A model generated the notes under the pieces. It was not told where the DNA came from, did not search any database, and was given only the letters and a program-made list of their open reading frames with translations. Of a stretch of DNA of 64,000 bases, positions 18,634 through 28,256 are shown piece after piece (position 1 is the stretch's first letter; the number at the start of each line of letters is the position of its first letter). A program made the translations under genes and the position numbers. Source of the DNA: Nitrospinales bacterium (GTDB lineage: Bacteria; Nitrospinota; Nitrospinia; Nitrospinales; VA-1); NCBI GenBank assembly GCA_965223795.1, contig CBDCXL010000002.1:3136001-3200000 (forward strand), given 5' to 3'.

Positions 18634-19167
18634 TCAACGTTGGATCGTGCTGCTGTGATTTTTGTCTTTCTCGGAAAGGATCTTCGTTTCCAGCGGCCAC
18701 TCGATGGCCAGTTCCGGACTGTCCCAGGCCACACCCCGGTTCGATTCCGGGTGATAGTATTGCGACATCTGGTAAAACACTTCCGTGTCGTCCGCAAGAG
18801 TCTGAAAGCCGTGCGCGAATCCTTTGGGTATGTAAAAGGCCTTGCGGTTTTCTTCGGTCAGCTCCACGCCCAGCCATTGCCGGAAGGTGGACGAGTCTTC
18901 CCTAAGATCCACAATGACGTCGAAGATCGCGCCGCGGGTCACGCGCACGAGCTTGTCTTCATCATGCGGCGGAACCTGGTAATGCATCCCGCGCAGCGTG
19001 CCCTTGTGCCGGTTGAAGGAAATGTTGCACTGAACCAGCTCGGGGTTCAGGCCGTGGGCTTCGAATTCTTTGCGGCAGAACGCGCGCGCGAAGAAACCGC
19101 GGTTGTCCCGGATGGGCTCCGGCTCGATGATGAACGCCCCTTTGAAGCGGGTTTCGGTGAATTTCAT
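18634..19167 (-). CDS. rfbC: NDP-4-keto-6-deoxyhexose 3,5-epimerase (RmlC/RfbC family)
   Basis: DNRGFF, GTLRGMH, PKGFAHGFQTL cupin motifs. Confidence 0.9.
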   Translation of the reverse strand: MKFTETRFKGAFIIEPEPIRDNRGFFARAFCRKEFEAHGLNPELVQCNISFNRHKGTLRGMHYQVPPHDEDKLVRVTRGAIFDVIVDLREDSSTFRQWLGVELTEENRKAFYIPKGFAHGFQTLADDTEVFYQMSQYYHPESNRGVAWDSPELAIEWPLETKILSEKDKNHSSTIQR

Positions 19168-19232
19168 GTGTTGGTTGCTGCGAATATAAAAGGAAGGTGG
19201 TCTGAATCCTGGCCCCTCCTGAAATCAATCTA

Positions 19233-20621
19233 TCAAAGCCGCTCTACCAGGCCTGCGGAGAGAGCCTTTTCCGCGATTCCCGCCAGCGTTTCCATAGGAA
19301 CCCCGCTTTCGGCGTGAATGTCCAGAAGGGAATGTGTGCCGTCGCTCATGTGGAAAAAATAATTGGTGCCCCAGAACAGATCCGGTTCGCCGGAGGGGCC
19401 GACGTACATGTTGTGCTTGTCCAGCTTGGGTTCGCCGGCGAAGGTAACGCGGTACGTCGCGTTCATTTCGAGATTACGCAGAGCCCTGACGTAGATGCGG
19501 AGCGAACCCTGCAACGCCTCTTCGGAAACATAATCCAGATCGTCCAGAGAGGTGTGGTACTGGGGAAATTCCATGAAAGGCGTCCGCATCAAAGAGCCCA
19601 CGGGAATGCGAAATCCGGGAGAGCTGTACTGGGTTTCGTCGCCGCCCCAGGGCCAGAATTTCCGCACCTGGTGATCCACCCCTTCCGAACGCAGGGCATG
19701 GATCATGGCCTGATCGATTTCATGATCGCCGAGAAACGTTTTTTTGTAATTGAACTTGCCGGAATCGCCCAGACAGGCGAGCACATATCCGCCCTTCAGC
19801 CGCTTCAGCCAGTCTTTATGGTTGTAGATGTAGGTGATGCAGCCGATGGTGGCCGGCAGAAGCAGGATGCGATACGAATAGTGCCGGTTTTTCCATTTTT
19901 TAATTTCCCTGGCCAGTGCGGTGGCCACAAGCGCGCCGGAAAGGCCGTCGCTGGCCTGGCAGGGATGATCGTTGTGCGCGGAAATGAGGATCTCCTTGTC
20001 CGTTTTACCGGGCAGGAAGCACTCGCCGATGCGCATGACGCCTTTGGTGATCTCCGAATCGATACACACTTCGTATATCGCGTCGGGGTTTTTCTCCATC
20101 TGCAAAAGCTGCTCATGCGTGAGGCAGAATCCCCAGGTCCTTTTGTAGTACGACGTGCGGTAGGGGATGGCGTCCGGCTGATCCGGCAGGGAGTGCAGGT
20201 GTTCCCGGAGTTGTTTGAACGGCATGATGGCGTGCACCGGCACGCTGTAGTTCACCACGTGCAGGCTGGATCTGCGAAAATCCACGATGCGGTTGCCCCT
20301 GGCGTCTTTGATGTAGGCGTCGTGGATGTTCCACTCGTCGGGGACGGTCCACTCGAAGCACTGCTGGCCGGACGGGTATTCCAGAATGTTCAGGTCGATT
20401 TCCCGCGCAAGGATCTTGAGGCTTTTACGAAAACCCTCGCCGGTGATGCTGCGGCAAATGGGGAACAGCTCCCGCATGAGCGGCATCATCTTAAGCGGAC
20501 CTTCGTCCTTTTGAGGCGCATCCGACTTGCGGAAAACGGATGTCGAGATCGAAGGGCGGGTATGAAACCGGCTCCATCTCACCCCTCCGGTCTGGGTTTT
20601 TATATTCTGGAATAGACCCAT
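19233..20621 (-). CDS. DUF4910/DUF2172 peptidase-fold protein, copy 1
   Basis: Same motifs as 17297-18574; start at ATG 20621 or the later MMPLM start. Confidence 0.85.
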   Translation of the reverse strand: MGLFQNIKTQTGGVRWSRFHTRPSISTSVFRKSDAPQKDEGPLKMMPLMRELFPICRSITGEGFRKSLKILAREIDLNILEYPSGQQCFEWTVPDEWNIHDAYIKDARGNRIVDFRRSSLHVVNYSVPVHAIMPFKQLREHLHSLPDQPDAIPYRTSYYKRTWGFCLTHEQLLQMEKNPDAIYEVCIDSEITKGVMRIGECFLPGKTDKEILISAHNDHPCQASDGLSGALVATALAREIKKWKNRHYSYRILLLPATIGCITYIYNHKDWLKRLKGGYVLACLGDSGKFNYKKTFLGDHEIDQAMIHALRSEGVDHQVRKFWPWGGDETQYSSPGFRIPVGSLMRTPFMEFPQYHTSLDDLDYVSEEALQGSLRIYVRALRNLEMNATYRVTFAGEPKLDKHNMYVGPSGEPDLFWGTNYFFHMSDGTHSLLDIHAESGVPMETLAGIAEKALSAGLVERL

Positions 20622-20626
20622 GACGT

Positions 20627-21868
20627 TCACCTGAAAATTTCCACCTTGGGAATGGGAATGAAAAACTGGCCGCCCCATTCCCGAATGTAGGCCATCTGTT
20701 TCATGATTTCATCCTTGATGTTCCAGGGCAGGATGAAAACGTAATCGGGTTTGGTCTCCCGGATCTTATCGGGATGGAAGATGGGGATGTGCGTCCCCGG
20801 CAGATAACGCCCCTGTTTTTCCGGGCTGCGGTCCACGGTGTAATCGATGTAGTCGGTGCCGACGCCGCAGTAGTTGAGCAGGGTGTTGCCTTTCGCGGGC
20901 GCGCCGTATCCGACGATGGTTTTTCCCTCGCGCTTGGCCTCGTTGAGGAAGGTCAACAGACCCCGCTTGGTCTCCAGCACTTTTTCGGCGAAAGAGGTGT
21001 AGGTTGCGGGATCGTTGAGGCCGTAAGCGATTTCCCGTTCGCGCAGCTGTGTGATGCGCTCGGAGACGGGTTTGCTCTCATCTTCTGTGTGGCGGGCGTA
21101 GATCCTCAGCGAACCGCCGTGAGTGGGCAGCTCCTCGACGTCGAACAGCGTGAGGCCGTGGCGCTGGAACACTTTTTCCACGGTGATCAGCGAGAGATAG
21201 GAGAAGTGTTCGTGGTAAATGGTGTCGAACTGGTTTTCTTCCATCAGCCGCAGAAGATGCGGAAACTCCATGGTGATCACGCCATCGGATTTGAGCGCGA
21301 GCTTCATGCCGCCGACGAAATCGTGCAGGTCGGGGACGTGGGCCAGGACGTTGTTGCCCAAGAGCAGGTCCGCCTGGGTGCCTTCGGCGGCGAGCTCCGA
21401 TGCGGTCTCTTTGCCGAAGAACTTGACCAGCGAGGGGATTCCCTTCTCCTGCGCCACTTTGGCGATGTTGGCCGCGGGCTCGATGCCGAGAACCGGGATG
21501 CTTTTTTCCTTGAAATACTGCAGCAGGTAACCGTCGTTGCTGGCGATCTCAATCACCTGACTGCTGGCGCCGAAACCGAACCGCTCCACCATCTTATCGG
21601 TGTAGGCTTTGGCGTGACGCAGCCAGGACTCGCTGAACGAAGAGAAATAAGCGTAGTCGCTGAAAATGTGCTGCGGGCTTTCGAATTCCTTGAGCTGGAC
21701 CAGAAAGCAGATCTGGCAGACGTAGGCGTGCAGCGGATAAAACGGCTCCATGCTGCATTCCTTGTCGGCCGGGATGTAGGAGTTCGCCAAGGGCGACATC
21801 CCCAGGTCGGCAAAGGTGATCTTTAAAGAGCTACCGCAGAATCGACATGTGTTTTCTTTATCCTTCAT
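20627..21868 (-). CDS. NDP-hexose C-methyltransferase (class I SAM, Zn-binding N-terminus)
   Basis: CRFC...CQIC, EIASNDGYLL, FDTIYHEHFSY, GYGAPAKGNTLLN. Confidence 0.88.
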   Translation of the reverse strand: MKDKENTCRFCGSSLKITFADLGMSPLANSYIPADKECSMEPFYPLHAYVCQICFLVQLKEFESPQHIFSDYAYFSSFSESWLRHAKAYTDKMVERFGFGASSQVIEIASNDGYLLQYFKEKSIPVLGIEPAANIAKVAQEKGIPSLVKFFGKETASELAAEGTQADLLLGNNVLAHVPDLHDFVGGMKLALKSDGVITMEFPHLLRLMEENQFDTIYHEHFSYLSLITVEKVFQRHGLTLFDVEELPTHGGSLRIYARHTEDESKPVSERITQLREREIAYGLNDPATYTSFAEKVLETKRGLLTFLNEAKREGKTIVGYGAPAKGNTLLNYCGVGTDYIDYTVDRSPEKQGRYLPGTHIPIFHPDKIRETKPDYVFILPWNIKDEIMKQMAYIREWGGQFFIPIPKVEIFR

Positions 21869-22938
21869 GAGCTTACGGTCACTCCTTTCGGTTTGGTGGT
21901 CCAGGTGAGTTCGGGGCCGATGAGGCCGTGTGATTCGAGATGGCCCAGCACTTTGAGCCGCATCATCAGTGAATCGCGGAAATTCGCGTCGTTGAACTGC
22001 ATCGCTTCAAGGCCTTCCTTGAGTTCGGCGACGGTGCTCAACAGGTCGTACTCAGGCTGGTGGTTCGGCGCCAGCCTGCGGAACAGGCTGAAATCGACCT
22101 TGTAGGAGCGTTTGTCCGGCTGTGCGTCGGTGTTGATGGAGACTTCGGTGCCGGGGATGACCTTGGCCACTGCCTGAGCCAGTTCCTTCACCTGGTAGTT
22201 CCAGCTGTCGGTGCCGATGTTGACGGCGATGAAGTCGCCGGCCTCGGCGGGATCGCGCACGATGGCCCATTCGAAAGCGCGGGCCATGTCTTTGACGTTG
22301 ATCAGCGGCCGCCAGGGCGTGCCGTCGCTCAGGATGGTGATCTTTCCGGTCGCCACGGCGGAGGCGACGAAATCGTTGAGCACCAGATCCAGCCGCAGCC
22401 GGTCGCTCATGCCGCAGGCGGTGGAAAACCGCAGCGCGGTGACTTTGAAATCCGGTGCGGCCAGGTGCTTCAGTTCCTGCTCGGTGAACACTTTGGATTT
22501 CGCGTAGGCGGTGAGCGGGTTCAGCGTCGAGTCTTCCGTGCGGGCGCCGTCGTCCGCGCAGCCGTACACGCTGCAGCTGGAGGCGAAGCAGAAGGACTTG
22601 ACGCCCGCTTCTTTCGCCAGCTTGGCGATGTGCACGCTGGCGCGGTAGTTGATGTCGAGGGTCACTTCTTCATACTTGTTGCCCATCGGATCGTTGGAGA
22701 TGGCCGCCAGGTGCACGATGGCGTCGATACCTGAAAGAATCTCCTGAGGAAAATCCCGCACGTCGCCGAAATACTGCACGTCCACGTTGCATTCGGGCAG
22801 CATGGCCGTGTTGGTGAGGCATTGGGCGAAATAGCCGATGTCGAACCCGATCAGCGTGGCTTCGGGGAACGTGCTGCGGAGCTGTTTGACCACGCCGGGT
22901 CCGACGTAGCCCATGTTGCCGGTGACTAGAATCTTCAT
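21865..22938 (-). CDS. NAD-dependent epimerase/dehydratase (extended SDR)
   Basis: TGNMGYVG, HLAAISNDP, SSCSVYG, YAKSK. Confidence 0.88.
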   Translation of the reverse strand: MKILVTGNMGYVGPGVVKQLRSTFPEATLIGFDIGYFAQCLTNTAMLPECNVDVQYFGDVRDFPQEILSGIDAIVHLAAISNDPMGNKYEEVTLDINYRASVHIAKLAKEAGVKSFCFASSCSVYGCADDGARTEDSTLNPLTAYAKSKVFTEQELKHLAAPDFKVTALRFSTACGMSDRLRLDLVLNDFVASAVATGKITILSDGTPWRPLINVKDMARAFEWAIVRDPAEAGDFIAVNIGTDSWNYQVKELAQAVAKVIPGTEVSINTDAQPDKRSYKVDFSLFRRLAPNHQPEYDLLSTVAELKEGLEAMQFNDANFRDSLMMRLKVLGHLESHGLIGPELTWTTKPKGVTVSS

Positions 22939-22947
22939 GGGGTTTCC

Positions 22948-24147
22948 TCAGTTAGAATGGCGGTCGATTTCATCACACACATATTCAGCGAAGGGGATGG
23001 CGCAGGTGAACGCGGGAGAGACTGCGTTCAACACGTGCATGGAGTCTGCGTCCCCTTCAAGAACAAAATCCATGATCAGTTTTTTCTCTTCAATATCCAG
23101 AAGCTGGGCGCGGATGCCCGGTTTTCCCCAGTGGTTGCTTTTGCGCCCGCCATTGGTGTTTAAAAGATGGGACGCCAGCGACACCAGATGCGTCTTGGAG
23201 TATTTGCGGATCTCATCGAAGGCGAGCTGCTTGAAATCGAAACCGGAAAACGCGAACAGGCCGAGCTGCCGGAAGATGATTTCCGAAAACTCGGACAGAT
23301 AGAAATTGTCCAGTCCGGAGTACTGCTCGCGCCAGAACGCCGGGATGGCCGTGGGGCCGATCTTCACCTTGCCATCCACGGTGACGGTGTAATGGACGCC
23401 GAGAAACGGATTCCTGAGATCCGGAACCGGGTAAATATTGGTGCGCAGCGATCCCTTGAGATCGTCGGAGTACAGGTACAGACCCTTGAACGGCAGGATG
23501 CGGTATTTCTGCGAAAAGCCGTAATCACGGGCGATGTGATCGGCGTACAGTCCCGCGGAGTTGATGACGTAACCCGCTTCGATCGGCCCTTCCGAGGTGG
23601 TGACCGTTTTGCCTTTGCGGCTGATGTAGCGGATGCCGGTTTTCATCTCCACGCCTTCGGCGATGGCATCCTGCTTCATGGCGTGCATCACTTCCAGCGG
23701 ATCCACCGAAGAGGTGGTGGGGGAAAACAGGGCCCGCTGATGGGTTTTCACGCGCGGCTCGATTTCCTTCGCTTCCTTCTCGGTGATCTCATGCAGTTCG
23801 ATTTCGTTTTTCTGGCCGCGCCGGATCAGCTCGTCCAGGTAGTCCAGGTCGTTTTCATCCTTGGCGACCACCAGCTTGCCGCATTTGTTGATGCGGAGAT
23901 TTTTGCGGTCGCAGTATTCGGTGAGCAGGCGGTTGCCGCGTTTGGTGAACCGGGCTTTCAGGGAATCCGCGGTGTAATAGAAGCCGGCGTGCAGAACGCC
24001 GCTGTTGCGGCCGCTGGCGTGGTAACCGCAGTCGGGCTCCTTCTCCAGCACCACGACCCGCGCGCCGTGTTTGCGCTGCTTCAGTTCGCGGGCGATGTTG
24101 AGGCCGATGACACCGCCGCCGATGATGAGATAATCCGTTCCTTGCAT
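22948..24147 (-). CDS. lhgO: L-2-hydroxyglutarate oxidase-like flavoprotein
   Basis: IIGGGVIG, HASGRNSGVLHAG, YPVPD...PFLGVH, GIRAQ, HVLNAVSPA; ATG 24147 just after the rfbF stop. Confidence 0.82.
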   Translation of the reverse strand: MQGTDYLIIGGGVIGLNIARELKQRKHGARVVVLEKEPDCGYHASGRNSGVLHAGFYYTADSLKARFTKRGNRLLTEYCDRKNLRINKCGKLVVAKDENDLDYLDELIRRGQKNEIELHEITEKEAKEIEPRVKTHQRALFSPTTSSVDPLEVMHAMKQDAIAEGVEMKTGIRYISRKGKTVTTSEGPIEAGYVINSAGLYADHIARDYGFSQKYRILPFKGLYLYSDDLKGSLRTNIYPVPDLRNPFLGVHYTVTVDGKVKIGPTAIPAFWREQYSGLDNFYLSEFSEIIFRQLGLFAFSGFDFKQLAFDEIRKYSKTHLVSLASHLLNTNGGRKSNHWGKPGIRAQLLDIEEKKLIMDFVLEGDADSMHVLNAVSPAFTCAIPFAEYVCDEIDRHSN

Positions 24148-24152
24148 TCCGT

Positions 24153-24920
24153 TTACCAGGTTTTCCAGTCGGCGTTGCCGGAGTTCCAGATGTTTTCCAG
24201 TGTGTTCTTGTCGCGCAGCGTGTCCATGGGCATCCAGAAGCCTTTGTGCTTGAACACCGCGAGTTGCTGCTGGTTCACCAGTGCCTGCAGGGGTTCGCGT
24301 TCCCACCAGACGTGGTCGCCGTCGATGAAGTCGAGCACTTTGGGCTCGAGCACGAAAAAGCCGCCGTTGATCCAGCCGCTGCCTTCCGCCGGTTTTTCGA
24401 CGAAGGACATGATCAGATTGTCCTTGATCCCCATGGCGCCGAAGCGGCCCGGAGGCTGCACGCCGGTGACCGTCGCGAGGCGGCCGTGTTTCTTGTGGAA
24501 GTCCACCAGGCGGTTGATGTCGATGTTGGACAAGCCGTCGCCGTAGGTCAGGCAGAACGAGTCGTCGTCGAGGTGGTCCTTGATCCGTTTGATCCGGCCG
24601 CCGGTGTAGGTGTCGTGCCCGGTGTCCACCAGCGTGACCCGCCAGGGTTCGACGTTGTTCTGCAGCACTTCCATTTCGTTGGTCTTGAGGTTGAAGGTCA
24701 CGTCCGACATGTGCAGGAAGTAGTTGGCGAAGTATTCTTTGATCATGTATCCCTTGTAACCCAGGCAGATGATGAAATCGTTGATGCCGTGGGAGGAATA
24801 GGACTTCATGATGTGCCAGAGTATGGGCCTGCCGCCGATCTCGACCATGGGTTTGGGTTTGAGGGTGGTTTCTTCGCTCAAGCGCGTGCCCAGACCGCCT
24901 GCCAGAATGACTGCTTTCAT
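24153..24920 (-). CDS. rfbF: Glucose-1-phosphate cytidylyltransferase
   Basis: LAGGLGTRLSEET, KPMVEIG, IKEYFANY, TYGDG, MDTLRDK. Confidence 0.93.
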   Translation of the reverse strand: MKAVILAGGLGTRLSEETTLKPKPMVEIGGRPILWHIMKSYSSHGINDFIICLGYKGYMIKEYFANYFLHMSDVTFNLKTNEMEVLQNNVEPWRVTLVDTGHDTYTGGRIKRIKDHLDDDSFCLTYGDGLSNIDINRLVDFHKKHGRLATVTGVQPPGRFGAMGIKDNLIMSFVEKPAEGSGWINGGFFVLEPKVLDFIDGDHVWWEREPLQALVNQQQLAVFKHKGFWMPMDTLRDKNTLENIWNSGNADWKTW

Positions 24921-25190
24921 CGTTTCAACCTCGTGAATGGGTGATCGTTGCCGCTGAATTGGAGAGTGTTCGAATCCTTGTGGTGCCCGGTCCGCCGCCG
25001 GCCCCGTGTCCGGTCGCTTTGGAGCCGGGTGCCTTCAAACCTGGGTGTGCCGGATACGAACGAATTTATCGAGCCTCCCCCTCCCGGGAATTCCCGAGAC
25101 CGGGATTTCCTTTTAAAAACAAGTTGAATGCAAAGGCGCGGGTGTGGGAAGAGGTTGCATCATCCATCCCTCAAAACCACACCCTTTTGA

Positions 25191-25252
25191 TGGAATCAGG
25201 ATGCCATTGAAATCTTAAGAATGGATTAAGGGTGTGTAACGCTTTAGTTACA
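25191..25252 (-). promoter_or_regulatory. Palindromic box + N28 + TGGCA module upstream of the rfbF operon
   Basis: TGTAAC-N6-GTTACA at 25235-25252; TGGCATCCTGATTCCA follows 28 nt downstream on the minus strand. Confidence 0.55.
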
Positions 25253-25649
25253 AAAGATTGCAAGTAATCGGCCGTTTTCCAGGGGTTCTCGCTGCATTCA
25301 GATGCACACCGGATTCCTTAGAAAAACAGCCCGGAACTCTCTGGAACCAGATTTACAGAGAGGTTCCTCATTGCGATAGGTGCTTAGAGTTCCGATATTA
25401 CCCAAACCCCGGAAAGCTTGTCAAGTGAGGTGTACGCAGGGCGTGTGCCCCCGGTCACAGCCGCAAGCCGTGGTATTTTAACGATTTTCTAAGCCCTTGA
25501 AATGTAAATGTAAGCGGCTGGCGGGGCGATTGGGAAATCTTTGAATCGGGGAAGCCGGGCTATGCGGAACAATAGATATACATATTGTATAAATATGAGT
25601 GGGCAAGCACGAGGGAAGAGGGTGAGGGGAACAGACTAACGTGAGCGGG

Positions 25650-26759
25650 TCAAACGATGACGGGTTCCGGCTGTAACTTCACCGGACGGCGGTAACGGGG
25701 AAAAAAGTTTTCTGAAAGGACGATCGCTCCATTGCGGTTTTCGTGCGCCGCGCGGGCTCGGTTGAGCTCCGCGTACAAAGCGGGATCGAGGATCATTTTG
25801 ACAATGGCAAAGTCCTGCATTTTTTTAGAGAATCCCGCCTTGAAATCCAGAAGCGAATCTTTCGCGGCACCGACGCCGCCTCCAAGATGGAATTGTGCGA
25901 AGCCGTTTTCCGTGCCCCATCGTCTCACGACATCGAAAATCAGTTTCAGGCCGCTGTACTTTCGCTGATCCGACGGGGTTCCTGACAGGTGGTATTGAAT
26001 GATGTTCCCATTCGCGAAGAACATGGCGGTGCTGATCACGACTCCATTGAGCTCCGCGAAATACAGTTTGATTTTACCGCCGAGTTCTTTTTTGAAGTTC
26101 AGGTAGTACTCTTTCGGGAAGAAATAAAAATCCTGAGCGTCCCGGTCGCGCATGGTCTCGTTGTAAATGGCGATGAATTCATCGATGCGCTTGAAGGACT
26201 CGTCTTCAATCACAGTAACGCCTGCCTTAACCGCTTTACGGAGGTCCCGCCGCACTCTCTGGTTCATTCCTTTTTCCTGATCTTGCAAAGATTCGGTCAG
26301 ATCGAGCACGACGGTGGGGCCGAGCGTGACGACTTCGGCCAATCCGCCCAATAGCCATTTTGTGTCCAGCAATGGATTGAGGCGGCTGAACAAGGAAACG
26401 ATATTTTTCTCCTTCAATGTTTTGTGCAGAGCCTGCTGAAACCCGGTTCGAAACGCAATCGCGCCCCGATCTTTCTGATGCACGTTCGAGATGACACCGG
26501 AGTACCCGTACACGGAAGCGGCGTCGTTCAGTTCATAACTTTCCAGTCCCGTCACTTGGGACACCGGACGGACCAGGAAGGGAAGGGCCGCCCATCGGGT
26601 TTCATCCTGATAGGTAAATAGATACGGCGTGCCTTCTCCCATGAGCTGCGAAACCCGGTGGTATTCCGGACCGTGATAAATATCATGACGACCGCAGCGT
26701 TCCAGGGCTTGCAGCCAGAGCGTTCGCTGTTCAATGGGGATGAGTTTGGTTTGTGTCAT
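25650..26759 (-). CDS. FemAB-like / GNAT acyltransferase of polysaccharide loci
   Basis: SVYGYSG, RLNPLL, IYNETM, YHLSG, HLGGG...SLLDFKAGF, FFPRYR. Confidence 0.8.
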   Translation of the reverse strand: MTQTKLIPIEQRTLWLQALERCGRHDIYHGPEYHRVSQLMGEGTPYLFTYQDETRWAALPFLVRPVSQVTGLESYELNDAASVYGYSGVISNVHQKDRGAIAFRTGFQQALHKTLKEKNIVSLFSRLNPLLDTKWLLGGLAEVVTLGPTVVLDLTESLQDQEKGMNQRVRRDLRKAVKAGVTVIEDESFKRIDEFIAIYNETMRDRDAQDFYFFPKEYYLNFKKELGGKIKLYFAELNGVVISTAMFFANGNIIQYHLSGTPSDQRKYSGLKLIFDVVRRWGTENGFAQFHLGGGVGAAKDSLLDFKAGFSKKMQDFAIVKMILDPALYAELNRARAAHENRNGAIVLSENFFPRYRRPVKLQPEPVIV

Positions 26760-26978
26760 GTCATTTCAAACGAAACGCAATGAAAGATGTCTTGTTTCCA
26801 CAAATTTGATGGAATTATAAATACGAATCCAGCAAACTTAAAAGAATTTTTAAATTCCGAAACCCGAAATAAATTTCAGGTCAATGAAAAACAATCACTT
26901 CGGACTGGTGCAAAAAAAACCGACTGTGTCCCAAAAAGGGCTGCGGAAAAGTTCCGGCACTTCTCCGCTTGGCCGGGA

Positions 26979-28196
26979 TCAGAAATTTTTTATAGCGTGA
27001 AACGTGTTTATCACTCGATGTTGATCTTCAACCGTCAGATTCGATCCGGACGGCAGGCAGATTCCGGTTTCAAACAGCCGTTCCGAGACACTCTCATTCG
27101 GGCTGTGCGGAATGTAGTCGCAGTTTTTGAACAAAGGCTGCAGGTGAAGCGGTTTCCACACGGGGCGCGCTTCAATGTTGCGGGCCTCGAGCGCATTGAC
27201 GAGGTCGCGGGCGCTGTAACCGGTTTTTTTCGGGTCGACGGTCAACACGGTCAACCAGCGGTTGGATCGCCCGAACGAGGCTTCCGGCATGAACTCCAGG
27301 CCTGGAATCGTGTGGAGCGCTTCATGATACCGTTTGAACACGGAACGCTTGGCGTCCATTCTTTCGTGCAGAACCCGCAGCTGTCCCCGGCCGATTCCCG
27401 CGAGCACATTGCTCATCCGGTAGTTGTACCCCAGCTCGCTGTGCTGATAGTGCATGGCGGGGTCTTTGGCCTGGTTGGCCCAGTATTTTGCTTTTTCGAT
27501 CAGCCTGGAATCGTGGGAGACCAGCATGCCGCCACCGGAGGTGGTGATGATTTTATTTCCGTTGAAGGAGAACACGCCGAGTTTGCCGAGTGTGCCACTG
27601 AACCGGCTTTTGTAGGTGGCGCCCAGAGATTCGGCGGCGTCTTCGATGACCGGCACGTGGTAGCGGTTGCAGATGGCTTTCAAAGCGTCGATGTCCGCGC
27701 TTTGCCCGTACAGGTTCACGATGACCACGGCTTTCGGCATTTTGCCGGTCTGCTCAGCTTTTTTAAAGGCGCGGGTAAGCGCAGGCGGAGACATATTCCA
27801 GGTTTCCGGTTCGGAGTCGATGAACACCGGATTTGCGCCCAGGTACAAAATGGGCGACGCGCTGCCGATGAAAGTGAGGGAGGAGCAGAACACCGTGTCG
27901 TCCTGATCCACACCGAGCAGCCGGAGCGACAGGTGAATGGCTGCTGTCCCGGAACTCAACGCCACGGCACTTTCGGTGCCGACATAGCTTGCGAATTCGT
28001 TCTCAAATGCGTCTACATTGGGTCCGCCGGGAGCGATCCAGTTCGTGGAGAAGGCCTGGGCGACATAATCTTCCTCTTTCCCGCCCATGTGCGGCGGAGA
28101 AAGAAAGATGCGCTTGTTGAAGCGCGGGTTCAGGTTCGGCCCGGATGCGTCCTTCTTTTTTTTCGGCGGTGATTCGACGCTGAATTGAGAAATCAT
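26979..28196 (-). CDS. PglE/EpsN-like UDP-4-keto-6-deoxy-HexNAc aminotransferase
   Basis: LSPPHMG, SSGTAAIHL, SFNGNKIITTSGGG, RPVWKPLH, CLPSGS. Confidence 0.9.
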   Translation of the reverse strand: MISQFSVESPPKKKKDASGPNLNPRFNKRIFLSPPHMGGKEEDYVAQAFSTNWIAPGGPNVDAFENEFASYVGTESAVALSSGTAAIHLSLRLLGVDQDDTVFCSSLTFIGSASPILYLGANPVFIDSEPETWNMSPPALTRAFKKAEQTGKMPKAVVIVNLYGQSADIDALKAICNRYHVPVIEDAAESLGATYKSRFSGTLGKLGVFSFNGNKIITTSGGGMLVSHDSRLIEKAKYWANQAKDPAMHYQHSELGYNYRMSNVLAGIGRGQLRVLHERMDAKRSVFKRYHEALHTIPGLEFMPEASFGRSNRWLTVLTVDPKKTGYSARDLVNALEARNIEARPVWKPLHLQPLFKNCDYIPHSPNESVSERLFETGICLPSGSNLTVEDQHRVINTFHAIKNF

Positions 28197-28256
28197 AGAA
28201 ACAAGTACTCCGAATTATTGCGATTGATTTGCAATGAGTGTCGTTTGTATTATTTT

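Noticed and set aside
24148..24306. Apparent N-terminal extension of lhgO
   Set aside because: Overlaps rfbF in another frame; ATG 24147 directly precedes the FAD-binding motif
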